From contig DATKSN010000032.1 of assembly GCA_035531595.1 (NCBI GenBank), positions 20,801-84,800 on the forward strand: a DNA stretch of 64,000 nt, in the 5' to 3' direction. A model generated the notes under the pieces. The model saw only the letters and a list, made by a program, of their open reading frames with translations. It was not told the DNA's origin and searched no databases. The position numbers and the translations under genes are program-made. This DNA is from Pirellulales bacterium. Its GTDB lineage: Bacteria; Planctomycetota; Planctomycetia; Pirellulales; JAICIG01. Below are positions 7,442-17,073 of this stretch, in pieces. The number at the start of each line of letters is the position of its first letter. The stretch's first letter is position 1.

Positions 7442-8766
7442 TCGCTATGAACATCCTCATGGGCCACAACTTCTACCAACTGCCCGGCGGCGAAGACCGC
7501 GTCTTCGCCGACGAAACGCGGTTGCTCGAAGACCACGGGCACCAGGTCGAACGCTACACGGCGCACAACAGCGCCGTCGGCCATCGCTCGGCGCCGGGCT
7601 TGACGCGCGACACCCTCTGGAACGGGCGCGCGGCGCGGGCGATTCAAACGCTGGTCGCGAAGCGTCAGGCGCGGGTCGCGCACTTTCACAATACCTTCCC
7701 CTTGATCTCACCGGCCGCCTATTACGGCGCGCGGGCGGGGGGCGCGGTCGTCGTGCAGACGTTGCACAATTTCCGTTTGCTCTGTCCTCAAGCCACCTTC
7801 TTCCGCGACGGCCGCGTGTGCGAGGACTGTCTCGGGCGAATCCCCTGGCCCGCCGTCGCCCATGCCTGTTATCGCGGCAGCCGAGGCGTGACGGCGGTGG
7901 CCGCCGCGGCGATCGTCGCGCACCGCATGGCGCGCACCTGGCGGCGCGCGGTCGACGTGTACATCGCCGTGACGGAGTTCGCCCGGCGGAAGTTCATCGC
8001 AGGGGGATTGCCGGCGGAGAAGATCGTCGTCAAGCCTAATTTCGTGTCGCCGACGCCGCCCGCCGGCGACGGCGCCGGGGGGTATGCCGTGTTCGTCGGC
8101 CGGTTGTCGCCCGAAAAGGGCATTCCCACCCTGCTGGCCGCATGGCGGACATTGGGCGAGCGAATTCCGCTCAAGATCGTGGGCGACGGGCCAACGGCGC
8201 CTTTGGTGCGTGAGGCCGCCGCGACGAACCGGGGCGTCGAATGGCTCGGCCCTCGCTCGGCCGACGAGGTCCAGGCGATCGTCCGCGACGCGGCGTTCCT
8301 GGTGCTCCCCTCCACATGTTACGAGGGCTTGCCGAAGGTGCTGGTCGAAGCCTTCGCCACCGGCACACCCGCCGTCGTGTCGCGGCTGGGGGCGCTGGCC
8401 GAGCTGGTGGACGACGGCCGTACCGGCGTCTGCTTTCAGCCGGGAGACCCCGTCGACCTGGCCGACCGGGTATCGGAGTTGCTCTCCGTGCCGTCGCGGC
8501 TTTCGTGGATGCGCGCCGAGGCACGCGCCGAGTTCGAGTTGAAGTACACCGCCCGGCGCAATTACGAACTGCTGATGAACATCTACGAGCGGGCGCTGGC
8601 CGGGTCTACGAGGGCGCCCCGACCGAGCGCCGGCGCCGAATCGCCGGCGAGCCGACCCGCTGCGCAGGTGCCCCGGCGTAAGCCCCCCGGTGACCCGACC
8701 TCGGAGTTGCGCCCGCGCGCCGATTCCGAAACACCAGGAGAAGCAGTATGCTCGCCGAACCGCTGA
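7438..8766 (+). CDS. Family-4 (GT-B) glycosyltransferase
   Basis: 442-aa ORF whose ATG overlaps the previous stop (ATGA). NILMGHNFYQLPGGEDRV N-terminus, FVGRLSPEKG and PSTCYEGLPKVLVEAFATGTPAV (E-x7-E) motifs, low-complexity C-terminal tail. Confidence 0.85.
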   Translation: MIAMNILMGHNFYQLPGGEDRVFADETRLLEDHGHQVERYTAHNSAVGHRSAPGLTRDTLWNGRAARAIQTLVAKRQARVAHFHNTFPLISPAAYYGARAGGAVVVQTLHNFRLLCPQATFFRDGRVCEDCLGRIPWPAVAHACYRGSRGVTAVAAAAIVAHRMARTWRRAVDVYIAVTEFARRKFIAGGLPAEKIVVKPNFVSPTPPAGDGAGGYAVFVGRLSPEKGIPTLLAAWRTLGERIPLKIVGDGPTAPLVREAAATNRGVEWLGPRSADEVQAIVRDAAFLVLPSTCYEGLPKVLVEAFATGTPAVVSRLGALAELVDDGRTGVCFQPGDPVDLADRVSELLSVPSRLSWMRAEARAEFELKYTARRNYELLMNIYERALAGSTRAPRPSAGAESPASRPAAQVPRRKPPGDPTSELRPRADSETPGEAVCSPNR

Positions 8767-9653
8767 CATACCCGACGCCACCGCTCTCCAAGCGAGATCA
8801 ACGCGCATGGCCGCCCAAGGTCGACTTGTTCGGCATTCACCTCAGCGTGACGAACTACGACGAAGCGACGGACGTCGTGATCGAGGCCGCGCGGCGCCGC
8901 GAGCCGGCGCTGGTCGCGTGCCAGGCCGCGCATGCGGTGGTCACGGCGAGTTGCGACCCGGACTTGCGCGCCAAGTTGAACGATTTCGACCTGGTGACGC
9001 CCGACGGCCAGCCGGTGCGCTGGGCCATGAACCTGTTGCACGGCGTGAACCTGCGTGAGCGCGTCTATGGTCCCGAGCTGATGCTGCGGCTTGGCCGCCG
9101 CGCGGCCGACGAAGGCGTGTCGATTTATCTGTACGGCGGCAGCCCGCGGGTGATCGAGCTGTTGAACGAGAAGCTGCCCCGCATGTGCCCCGGATTGCGG
9201 ATCGCCGGCGCCGAATCGCCGCCGTTTCGCACCTTGACGAGCGAGGAGGACCAGGCGGTCGTCGAGCGGATCAACGCCGGCGGCGCGGGGCTGGTGTTCC
9301 TGGGCTTGGGCTGCCCCAAGCAAGACCTCTTCGCCCATGCGCACCGGGCAAGTATTCGGGCGGTGCAGGTCTGCGTCGGCGCGGCGTTCGATTTTCACGC
9401 GGGTGTCAAGCCCATGGCGCCGGCCTGGATGCAGCGCAGCGGGCTGGAGTGGGCATTCCGGCTGGCACACGAGCCGCGACGCTTAGGGCGGCGGTACTTG
9501 GTTACCAACAGCTTGTTTCTCTTCAAGTTGGCGGTCGCCTGGCTGAAGTCGGGAAAGAAAGGTCGGTTGGCGCGCAGTGGGTCGGCGGAGCGTGGGAACA
9601 AGGAACCTCGAACTGACACCCTGAACGATCCAAGAAAGGAACCATGCAAATGA
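8748..9653 (+). CDS. WecB/TagA/CpsF-family glycosyltransferase (GT26)
   Basis: 301-aa ORF. VDLFGIHLSVTNYDEATDVVIEAA ... LVTPDGQPVRWAM ... FLGLGCPKQD are family-typical motifs. Confidence 0.85.
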   Translation: MLAEPLTYPTPPLSKRDQRAWPPKVDLFGIHLSVTNYDEATDVVIEAARRREPALVACQAAHAVVTASCDPDLRAKLNDFDLVTPDGQPVRWAMNLLHGVNLRERVYGPELMLRLGRRAADEGVSIYLYGGSPRVIELLNEKLPRMCPGLRIAGAESPPFRTLTSEEDQAVVERINAGGAGLVFLGLGCPKQDLFAHAHRASIRAVQVCVGAAFDFHAGVKPMAPAWMQRSGLEWAFRLAHEPRRLGRRYLVTNSLFLFKLAVAWLKSGKKGRLARSGSAERGNKEPRTDTLNDPRKEPCK

Positions 9654-10651
9654 AAAACGACATGATCCTGGTGGCCGGCGCCGGTGGCTTCATTGGGGGC
9701 CACCTCGTGGCCGATTTGCTGCGGCGAGGCTTCACGAACATCCGCTCGGTTGACATCAAGCCCATCGACGACTGGTATCAGGTGTTCGACGGCGTCGAAA
9801 ACGTGGTGGCCGACCTGAAGGAGAAGGACGCCTGCCACGACGCCTGCCGCGGCGCGCGCGAGGTCTACAACCTGGCGGCCGACATGGGTGGCATGGGCTT
9901 CATCGAGAACAACAAAGCGCTGTGCATGCTCTCGGTGCTGATCAACACGCACTTGTTGATGGCAGCCAACGACGCGGGCGTCGAACGCTATTTCTACGCC
10001 AGTTCGGCCTGCGTTTACAACGCCGACAAGCAACGCTCGACCGACGTCACGCCGCTCAAGGAAGAAGACGCCTACCCCGCCATGGCCGAGGACGGCTACG
10101 GTTGGGAGAAGCTCTTTTCGGAGCGGATGTGCCGCCACTTCCGCGAAGATTACGGCCTGACGACGCGCGTCGCCCGCTTCCACAACGTCTACGGGCCGCA
10201 CGGCACCTGGGATGGCGGACGCGAAAAGGCGCCGGCCGCCGTCTGCCGCAAGGTGCTCCACGCCCAGGCCACCGGCGACCACGAAATCGAGATTTGGGGC
10301 GACGGCAACCAGACCCGAAGTTTCATGTACATCGACGATTGCCTCAAGGGGATCGACGCGATCATGCGCGGCGACATCGAGGAGCCGATCAACCTGGGCT
10401 CCAGCGAGCTGGTTTCGATCAACGGCCTGGTCGACCTCGTCGAGGAGATCGTGGGCATCCGGCTGAAGCGCAGGTACAACCTGAACGCGCCCAAGGGAGT
10501 CAACGGCCGCAACAGCGACAACACGAAGATCCAGGCGTATCTCGGCTGGGAGCCGGACACGCGGCTCCGCGACGGCATGGAAAAAACCTGCGACTGGATT
10601 CGCGAACAGTACCTCCAGCGCTGCGGAGAGGCGATAGGCGTTAGGCGATAG
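9644..10651 (+). CDS. NAD-dependent sugar epimerase, GDP-mannose 3,5-epimerase-like
   Basis: 335-aa ORF. GAGGFIGGHL Rossmann motif. NLAADMGGMGFI, FYASSACVY, YGWEKL and RFHNVYGPHGTWDGGREKAPAAVCRK closely match my memory of GDP-mannose 3,5-epimerase. The C-terminus runs into a heptad tandem repeat. Confidence 0.75.
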   Translation: MQMKNDMILVAGAGGFIGGHLVADLLRRGFTNIRSVDIKPIDDWYQVFDGVENVVADLKEKDACHDACRGAREVYNLAADMGGMGFIENNKALCMLSVLINTHLLMAANDAGVERYFYASSACVYNADKQRSTDVTPLKEEDAYPAMAEDGYGWEKLFSERMCRHFREDYGLTTRVARFHNVYGPHGTWDGGREKAPAAVCRKVLHAQATGDHEIEIWGDGNQTRSFMYIDDCLKGIDAIMRGDIEEPINLGSSELVSINGLVDLVEEIVGIRLKRRYNLNAPKGVNGRNSDNTKIQAYLGWEPDTRLRDGMEKTCDWIREQYLQRCGEAIGVRR

Positions 10652-10672
10652 GCGTTAGGCGATAGGCGTTAG
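10631..10672. repeat. Heptad tandem repeat (GCGATAG/GCGTTAG)x3
   Basis: gcgataggcgttag x3. The epimerase stop codon (10649-10651) is inside the tract. Confidence 0.9.
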
Positions 10673-10679
10673 GAAGAAT

Positions 10680-10853
10680 GTAGGGTGGGACAAGATCGCG
10701 CAGCGATCGAAGGCCCACCATTGCCGGAAGGGTGGCGAATGACGGACAAGGAGAGATTTGCGGCGGCGCGTCCACGAATGTGCGTTCGGCGTGCTGGTCT
10801 TGGACAGAGGGTGGTGGGCCGGCGATCGCTGCGCGATCTTGTCCAAACCCTAC
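10680..10853. repeat. 174-bp element bounded by ~42-bp inverted arms
   Basis: GTAGGGTGGGACAAGATCGCGCAGCGATCGAAGGCCCACCA ... TGGTGGGCCGGCGATCGCTGCGCGATCTTGTCCAAACCCTAC. Intergenic between the epimerase and GT2 genes. Confidence 0.8.
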
Positions 10854-10868
10854 GGCTACGCCGCGGGT

Positions 10869-10934
10869 GTAGCGGAATTCGTGAGAATTCCGAACGTCGA
10901 CGCGGGGCATCGGAACTCTCACGAGTTCCGCTAC
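10869..10934. repeat. Inverted repeat family C, copy 1
   Basis: GTAGCGGAATTCGTGAGAATTCCG - 18 nt - CGGAACTCTCACGAGTTCCGCTAC. Confidence 0.8.
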
Positions 10935-10967
10935 GGCGAGAATGGTAATTTGAAGGAAGGGTGGCCC

Positions 10968-11930
10968 ATGAACGATACGAACCCCAAGGTGACAATCGGC
11001 GTGCCGGTCTATAACGGCGAGGATTACCTCGCGCCGGCGCTCGACGCGCTGTTGGCGCAGACGTTCGACGACTTCGAGCTCATCATCTCCGACAACGCCT
11101 CGACCGACCGCAGCGAGGATATCGCGCGCTCCTACGCGGCGCGCGATTGTCGCGTGCGCTACGAGCGCAGCGAAGTGAACCGCGGCTGCGCTTGGAACCA
11201 CAACCGGGTCTTCGCGCTGGCCCGCGGCCGGTACTTTCGCTGGGCGGCGCACGATGACCACTGCGCGCCGACCTTGCTGGCCCGCACGGTCGAGTTGCTC
11301 GACGAGCGCCCGGACGTGGTTTGGTGCCACTCGCGCAGTTCGCACATCGACGCCGGCGGCGCCTTGCTTCCGCCGCCGCATGTGCAAGACGTGAGCTACG
11401 CGGCGCCGGCCGGGGCCGCCGTCAGCCGCGAGGCCGCCGCGCCGCACCAGCGCTTTCGGGCGGTTTTGCTGGGCGCGGGCGGCTGTCTCGACATTTTCGG
11501 GCTGATGCGAAGCGACGTCGTTCGCCGCACGGGGCTGCGCTTGCCCTATTACGGCGACGACAAGGTTTTCGTCGCGGAGTTGGGCCTCCACGGCCGCTAC
11601 GCCGAGGTGCCGGAGACGTTGTTTTTCGTCAGGGTGCATTCAGGCGGCTCGGGCTGCCTGGCCTCGTCGGCCGAGCGCCAGCGGTTCATGGACCCCCGGC
11701 GCAGCCGCTATACGTTGACGCGTTGGCACCTCGGCCGGGGTTACGCCGCGGCCATCGCCCGTAGCGGCCTGGGCGCCGCCGAGCGGGCGCGCTGCTACGG
11801 CGTTCTGGCTCGCTACTTTTTTCAAGTCGGCAAGTGGACGCGGATCGCGCGGGGCGCGCTGACCGGCTCGGGCAACGGCGGAGCGTACCGTGCTTGGGTG
11901 ACGGCGCAGGAGTCTCCCGAACTCACATGA
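10968..11930 (+). CDS. Family-2 glycosyltransferase
   Basis: Internal ATG of the 10758..11930 ORF. VTIGVPVYNGEDYLAPALDALLAQTFDDFELIISDNASTD ... RWAAHDD. Sequence upstream of 10968 is repeat elements. Confidence 0.8.
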   Translation: MNDTNPKVTIGVPVYNGEDYLAPALDALLAQTFDDFELIISDNASTDRSEDIARSYAARDCRVRYERSEVNRGCAWNHNRVFALARGRYFRWAAHDDHCAPTLLARTVELLDERPDVVWCHSRSSHIDAGGALLPPPHVQDVSYAAPAGAAVSREAAAPHQRFRAVLLGAGGCLDIFGLMRSDVVRRTGLRLPYYGDDKVFVAELGLHGRYAEVPETLFFVRVHSGGSGCLASSAERQRFMDPRRSRYTLTRWHLGRGYAAAIARSGLGAAERARCYGVLARYFFQVGKWTRIARGALTGSGNGGAYRAWVTAQESPELT

Positions 11931-12724
11931 TCGACCGCGTGCTGATTTCGGGCGGATCGGGCGGCATCGGCGGCGCCATGGCGCTGGCGTGCGCCGCGCG
12001 CGGCGCTTGGCCGCTCGTCGGCTATTGCGCCAACGAGCGGCTTGCCCGCGAAACCGTGCGGCGCGGCGGCGCGGGCGAGACCGTGCGCATCGATCTGGAG
12101 CGCGAGGATCTCGGGCTGGCCGGATGCCTTCCCGCGGCCGGCGCGGTCGTCCACTGCGCAGGGGCATATATCGGCCAGCGCAGCCTGGCCCAGAGCTCGT
12201 CGGCCGAGGTTCGTCGGTTGTTGGAAATCAATGCCTTGGGTCCGTTGCGATTGACTCAGGCGTTGTTGACCCAGGCGCCGGGCTTGCGGCACGTCGTCTT
12301 CGTGCTCTCGACGGCGGTCGCTTGCCGCGGCACGGGACCCTATCCGCTTTCAAAAGCCGCCGGCCTGGCCGTCTGCAAGCTGTTGGCGAACGAGTTGACG
12401 CCGCGAGGCATCCGCGTCGATGCCATCGTGCCCGGCTGGACCGACACCGAAGCGGCACGGTCCATTGCCAGGGCCACGGGCCGAAGCCTCGACGAAATCC
12501 GCTCGCAGCACCTCGACGGGCGAATTCTCGCGCCGAGCGAGGTCGGCGAGTTGTGCGCCCAGTTGTTGTTCGATGTTTCCGCGCGCCCCGGAGGCCACCT
12601 GGTCGTTTGGGACCGCCGCGACGCGCGCAACCCCGTTTGGCTCGGCTTGGGAGACATGTTGGCACTCACCCCGGATCACAATCATCCTTTGACCAATAAC
12701 GATACTTCATGCGGCCGGAAATGA
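11927..12724 (+). CDS. Short-chain dehydrogenase/reductase (SDR)
   Basis: ATG overlaps the previous stop (ATGA). ISGGSGGIGGAMA glycine motif and YPLSKAA (YxxxK). The last 7 codons and the stop lie inside the palindromic element at 12702-12852. Confidence 0.75.
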   Translation: MIDRVLISGGSGGIGGAMALACAARGAWPLVGYCANERLARETVRRGGAGETVRIDLEREDLGLAGCLPAAGAVVHCAGAYIGQRSLAQSSSAEVRRLLEINALGPLRLTQALLTQAPGLRHVVFVLSTAVACRGTGPYPLSKAAGLAVCKLLANELTPRGIRVDAIVPGWTDTEAARSIARATGRSLDEIRSQHLDGRILAPSEVGELCAQLLFDVSARPGGHLVVWDRRDARNPVWLGLGDMLALTPDHNHPLTNNDTSCGRK

Positions 12725-12852
12725 GACATCTTGCCACGAGAAAGTGGTGGCTGGTGGCAGAGCGTAAGCGATGCCCCGGCTCGATGGCGACCGGGGCATC
12801 GCTTAGGCTCCGCCCCAGCCACCGTGAATGTCTCCGTCGCCAACGCGAAGTA
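12702..12852. mobile_element. Palindromic MITE-like element, copy B2 (inverted orientation)
   Basis: ATACTTCATGCGGCCGGAAATGAGACATC...GAATGTCTCCGTCGCCAACGCGAAGTA. Same family as B1 and covers the last codons and stop of the SDR gene. Confidence 0.85.
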
Positions 12853-12883
12853 GAAACCCGAGTCGGTGGGCGGCGCCCACCTT

Positions 12884-13981
12884 ATGAAGAAGGAGACTAA
12901 CTTGCGAATACTCGTTACGGGTTGTCACGGCTACATCGGAAGCGTGCTAACGCCAATGCTCCTGGCCGAGGGGCACCAGGTCTTGGGGCTCGACAGCGAC
13001 TTGTTCGAGCCTTGTACCTTCGGCGCCGCGCCGGCTGACTTCGAGTGCATGAACGTCGACCTTCGCGACGCGCGCGAAAGCGACGTGCGGGGATGCGACG
13101 CGGTGATTCACCTCGCCGCCTTGTCGAACGACCCGTTGGGAAATCTGGATCCGGCCCTGACCTTCGACGTCAATCACCTGGCTTCCGCGCGGCTGGCGCG
13201 TTTGGCGCGACGCGCCGGCGTGCCGCGGTTCTTGATGTCGTCGTCGTGCTCCAGCTACGGAGCGGCGGCCGGCGACGAGTTGCTCACGGAGCAATCCGCG
13301 TTGAATCCGGTCACGCCCTATGGCCGGTCGAAGGTGCTCGCCGACCGCGACATCGCACTTCTGGCCAACGACGACTTCAGCCCCATCTTCCTGCGCAACG
13401 CCACCGCTTACGGCGTGTCGCCGCGGCTACGGCTCGATCTGGTACTGAACGATTTTGTCGCCTCGGCCCACGCCACGGGCCGAATCCACCTGCTCAGCGA
13501 CGGCAGTCCTTGGCGCCCCCTGATTCATGTGGAAGACATTGGCCGGGCGTTCCTGGCGCTGCTCACAGCGCCCCGCGAGGTCGTGCATAACCAGGCGTTC
13601 AACGTCGGCCAAACGGCGGAAAACTACCAGGTCGGTACACTGGCCGCGATCGTCCAGGAAACCGTGCCCGGCTGCCGCATCGAATACGCGCCGGGCGCCT
13701 GCCCCGATCAGCGCTGCTATCGCGTCGATTGCGGCAAACTGGCGCGTGCCGTACCGGATTTCAAACCCCGCTGGAATGCGCGGCGGGGAGCGGAACAACT
13801 TTACGACGCGTACCGCCGCGTCGGCCTCTCGGCCGACGACCTGGCGGGCTCTCGCTTCGTTCGTCTGCGCCAACTGCAAAAGCTCTTGGACGGCGGCAGG
13901 TTGGACCCGTCGTTGCGTTGGCGATCGGAGCCGCTCCCCACGCCCGCCGAGGAGGGGGCCGCCGTGGTGCTTCCTCTGTAG
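12884..13981 (+). CDS. NAD-dependent nucleotide-sugar epimerase/dehydratase
   Basis: [12 protein letters not shown] Rossmann motif, SSCSSYG and YGRSK (YxxxK). The TAG stop lies inside the REP element at 13976. Confidence 0.8.
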   Translation: MKKETNLRILVTGCHGYIGSVLTPMLLAEGHQVLGLDSDLFEPCTFGAAPADFECMNVDLRDARESDVRGCDAVIHLAALSNDPLGNLDPALTFDVNHLASARLARLARRAGVPRFLMSSSCSSYGAAAGDELLTEQSALNPVTPYGRSKVLADRDIALLANDDFSPIFLRNATAYGVSPRLRLDLVLNDFVASAHATGRIHLLSDGSPWRPLIHVEDIGRAFLALLTAPREVVHNQAFNVGQTAENYQVGTLAAIVQETVPGCRIEYAPGACPDQRCYRVDCGKLARAVPDFKPRWNARRGAEQLYDAYRRVGLSADDLAGSRFVRLRQLQKLLDGGRLDPSLRWRSEPLPTPAEEGAAVVLPL

Positions 13982-14065
13982 GGAACGCCCTCCGTGGCGT
14001 TCCGCGGAAGGCCAATGGATACCGTATCCCGATTCACGGAACGCCACGGAGGGCGTTCCCCACAG
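13976..14065. repeat. REP-like nested palindrome, locus A1 (inverted pair)
   Basis: CTGTAGGGAACGCCCTCCGTGGCGTTCCG - 32 nt - CGGAACGCCACGGAGGGCGTTCCCCACAG. Each arm is itself a hairpin (GGAACGCC/GGCGTTCC). Confidence 0.9.
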
Positions 14066-14103
14066 ATGTCGTCGTGGTTTTTTTACGCCAGTAAGGTGAT
14101 GCC

Positions 14104-14700
14104 ATGCGTTTTTCCGAAGCGAAGCTGGAGGGGAGCTACCTAATCGACATCGAGCCGTTGGCCGACGAGCGGGGCTTTTTTGCCCGCGCCTGGTGTCAGC
14201 GCGAGCTCGCGGCCCGCGGCCTGGTCGCCACGCTGGCCCAGGCGAGCCTGGCGTTCACGCATCGGCGCGGAACGCTGCGTGGCTTGCATTACCAGGCGCC
14301 GCCCTGCGAGGAAGCCAAGTTTGTACGCTGCGTCCGCGGCGTGGCTTACGTCGTGGCGCTCGACTTGCGACCCACCTCGCCCACCTACCTGCGCTGGGAA
14401 GGCGTGGAGCTCACGGCCGACAACCGCCGCGCGCTCTACGTTCCGCCGGGCTGCGCGCAGGGCTACCAGACGCTGGCCGACGACACGGAATTGCTCTATC
14501 AAATGTCGCAATGCTACGCGCCGGCGGCCGCGCGGGGCGTGCGTTATGACGATCCTGCCTTTGGTATCGAGTGGCCACTTGACATCGCCGTGATCTCGAA
14601 GGCAGATGGAAGTTGGGCTCCCTATCATCCTTTCGCCGCGGCGCGCGTCGAGCAGTTCACGGCCTGCCAGGCCGGCGCCGACCCTTGGAAACGCCCATGA
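14104..14700 (+). CDS. dTDP/CDP-4-dehydro-6-deoxyhexose 3,5-epimerase (RmlC-type cupin)
   Basis: 198-aa ORF. DERGFFARAW, RGLHYQAPPCEEAKFVRCVRGVAYVVALDLR and YVPPGCAQGYQTL match RmlC-family signatures. Confidence 0.85.
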   Translation: MRFSEAKLEGSYLIDIEPLADERGFFARAWCQRELAARGLVATLAQASLAFTHRRGTLRGLHYQAPPCEEAKFVRCVRGVAYVVALDLRPTSPTYLRWEGVELTADNRRALYVPPGCAQGYQTLADDTELLYQMSQCYAPAAARGVRYDDPAFGIEWPLDIAVISKADGSWAPYHPFAAARVEQFTACQAGADPWKRP

Positions 14701-16094
14701 CCCTGTCCGAACTTGCCACGCTCGATCGCGCGCCGGCGCCCTGCCCCGACCTGGGCCGTGACATGCACGCGCTGGTGGCGGAACTGTTCCCCATCTGCCG
14801 CAGCATCACGGGACCGGGCGTCCGCGAGAGCCTCGCCATTCTTGGCCGTCACCTGCCGCTCGAACTGCGCGAAGTCAAAAGCGGCAGTCAGGTTTTCGAT
14901 TGGCAGGTGCCCAACGAATGGCGCATCCGCGACGCCTTCATCCGCGACGCCGCGGGCCGGCGCGTCGTCGATTTCCGCGCATCGAACCTGCACGTCGTCA
15001 ACTACAGCATGCCCGTGCGAGCGATGTTGCGTCTGGCGGAACTCAAGCGCCACCTGCACACGCTTCCAGAACATCCCGACTGGGTGCCTTACCGCACGAC
15101 GTACTACCACGAGCAATGGGGCTTCTGCCTCAGCCACAACCGCCTCTTGGAGCTCGAGCGGCAATACGGCGACGATTACGAATTCGAGGTCGATATCGAC
15201 GCCTCGCTGGAGCCGGGATCGTTGACCTACGGCGAAGCGTACCTGCCGGGCGCCACGGCCGAGGAAGTGCTCTTTTCGTGCCACGTCTGCCACCCCTCGC
15301 TGGCCAACGACAACCTGTCGGGGATCGCCGTGGCGACGTTCCTCGCGCGGCACGTCGGCCGTCTGCCACGGCGCTACTCGTACCGCTTCCTGTTCGTTCC
15401 GGCCACGATCGGCGCCATCGCCTGGCTCGCCCGCAACGAAGACAAGCTGGCCCAGATCCGCCACGGACTGGTACTGACGCTGTTGGGCGACCCGGGCGGT
15501 TTTACCTACAAACGCAGCCGCCGCGGCGACGCCGAGATCGACCGTGCCGTGACCCACCTGCTGCGGCACGGCCGGCACGACCACATGATCGCCGAATTCG
15601 AACCCTATGGCTACGACGAACGGCAATACAATTCGCCCGGCATCGATCTACCGGTCGGCTGCCTGATGCGCACGCCGCACGGCCGCTATCCCGAGTACCA
15701 CACCTCGGCGGACGATCTCGACTTGGTGCGTCCGTCATGCCTGGCCGAGTCGCTCGAACTGTGCGTGGCGATCGTCGAGTTGCTGGAGCACAACCGCGTC
15801 TACCTCAGCCGATGTCCCAAGGGCGAGCCGCAGCTTGGCAAGCGAGGACTTTACCGCGCCCTCGGCGGCGACGAAGACCGCGCCGGAACCGAACTGGCCC
15901 TGCTATGGGTGTTGAACCAAAGCGACGGCCGCCACTCGCTCTTGGACATCGCCGAAAGGGCGAAGCTTCCCTTCGCCGTGGTTCGCCGCGCCGCGGAGGT
16001 GCTCGCCGAGCACGACCTCTTGACCCAAGTGGAAGACCCTCGCGCCGAGGCGCGAGCACGTCGCGCACCCGACCATGACACCGCGAAATCGTAG
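14697..16094 (+). CDS. DUF4910/aminopeptidase-like-domain polysaccharide biosynthesis protein (COG4310-like)
   Basis: ATG overlaps the previous stop (ATGA). ELFPICRSITGPGVRESL, NDNLSGIAV and a C-terminal winged-helix-like GRHSLLDIAERAKLPF match what I recall of this family. Confidence 0.65.
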   Translation: MTLSELATLDRAPAPCPDLGRDMHALVAELFPICRSITGPGVRESLAILGRHLPLELREVKSGSQVFDWQVPNEWRIRDAFIRDAAGRRVVDFRASNLHVVNYSMPVRAMLRLAELKRHLHTLPEHPDWVPYRTTYYHEQWGFCLSHNRLLELERQYGDDYEFEVDIDASLEPGSLTYGEAYLPGATAEEVLFSCHVCHPSLANDNLSGIAVATFLARHVGRLPRRYSYRFLFVPATIGAIAWLARNEDKLAQIRHGLVLTLLGDPGGFTYKRSRRGDAEIDRAVTHLLRHGRHDHMIAEFEPYGYDERQYNSPGIDLPVGCLMRTPHGRYPEYHTSADDLDLVRPSCLAESLELCVAIVELLEHNRVYLSRCPKGEPQLGKRGLYRALGGDEDRAGTELALLWVLNQSDGRHSLLDIAERAKLPFAVVRRAAEVLAEHDLLTQVEDPRAEARARRAPDHDTAKS

Positions 16095-16137
16095 GGCGGG
16101 CGCCGCCCACCAACCCGACTGATGTAGGAGAATCCCG

Positions 16138-17073
16138 ATGAGTGCCTTGTACTTCGATTCCGATCTGTCCGACGACCCGCGGCGCGAGCGGCTCCACGAG
16201 GGGGCGTTGTTCGTGTTCTCTCCGCGCGCGAGCACGCGGGCATTTTGCGACTTTGCCCGTGAATTGTGCGAGGAAGCCTTCGCCCCTCACGATCCGCGCG
16301 ACGCGCAGCACCATCTGCCGGTCGAGCGTTATGTCCAGGTGTTGGCCGAACTCAAGCCGCGCTTCATCCACCACCCGCGCTCGAAAGAACTGCTGTGCGC
16401 GGTGTTGTCCGACTTCGCCTGCGACCCGGAGCGAACCTATTTCGACGTGCCTCGCCTGCGCACCGCCTGCCACGGCGACTACCTCACATCAGGCCTGGCT
16501 TATGCTTTCCATCCGCACCGCGACACCTGGTACTCGGCCGCGCTTTGCCAGCTCAACTGGTGGCTGCCGGTATACGACTACACGGCCGACAGCGGAATGG
16601 CCTTTCACCCACTCTATTGGCGGCTGCCCCTCAAGAACAGCTCGCGCGACTACGACTATGCCCGCTGGAACCGCGAAAGCCGTCACCAGGCGGCGCTGCA
16701 TGTGAAAAACGACACGCGCCGGCAGCCCCGTCCCGAACAGCGGCTGGACGACGTGCCGCTGCGGCCCGTTTGCGCCGCGGCTGGACTGATTCTCTTTTCG
16801 GCGGCCCAACTGCACTCGACCGTGCCCAACCGCTCCGGCCGCACGCGGTTGAGTATCGACTTTCGCACGGTAAACGGCCACGACGTCGCCTGGCGGCACG
16901 GCGCGCCGAATGCCGACAGCGCTTGCACCGGCACGTCGCTACGCGATTTCTTGCGCGCCGGCGACCTGGCCGGCCTGCCGGAAGACCTTGTCGAGCCCTA
17001 CGACCGCGGGCCGCTGGGAATGCTTGAGGAGCCATGTGAACTTGCACGATTCCGGGAGGCAAGCCGTCGTTAG
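16138..17073 (+). CDS. Hypothetical protein, possible non-haem Fe(II)/2-oxoglutarate oxygenase fold
   Basis: 311-aa ORF with good coding look. Candidate facial triad HPHRD ... LHSTVPNRSGRTRLSIDFR. The function call is weak. The TAG stop lies in the REP unit at 17071. Confidence 0.4.
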   Translation: MSALYFDSDLSDDPRRERLHEGALFVFSPRASTRAFCDFARELCEEAFAPHDPRDAQHHLPVERYVQVLAELKPRFIHHPRSKELLCAVLSDFACDPERTYFDVPRLRTACHGDYLTSGLAYAFHPHRDTWYSAALCQLNWWLPVYDYTADSGMAFHPLYWRLPLKNSSRDYDYARWNRESRHQAALHVKNDTRRQPRPEQRLDDVPLRPVCAAAGLILFSAAQLHSTVPNRSGRTRLSIDFRTVNGHDVAWRHGAPNADSACTGTSLRDFLRAGDLAGLPEDLVEPYDRGPLGMLEEPCELARFREASRR

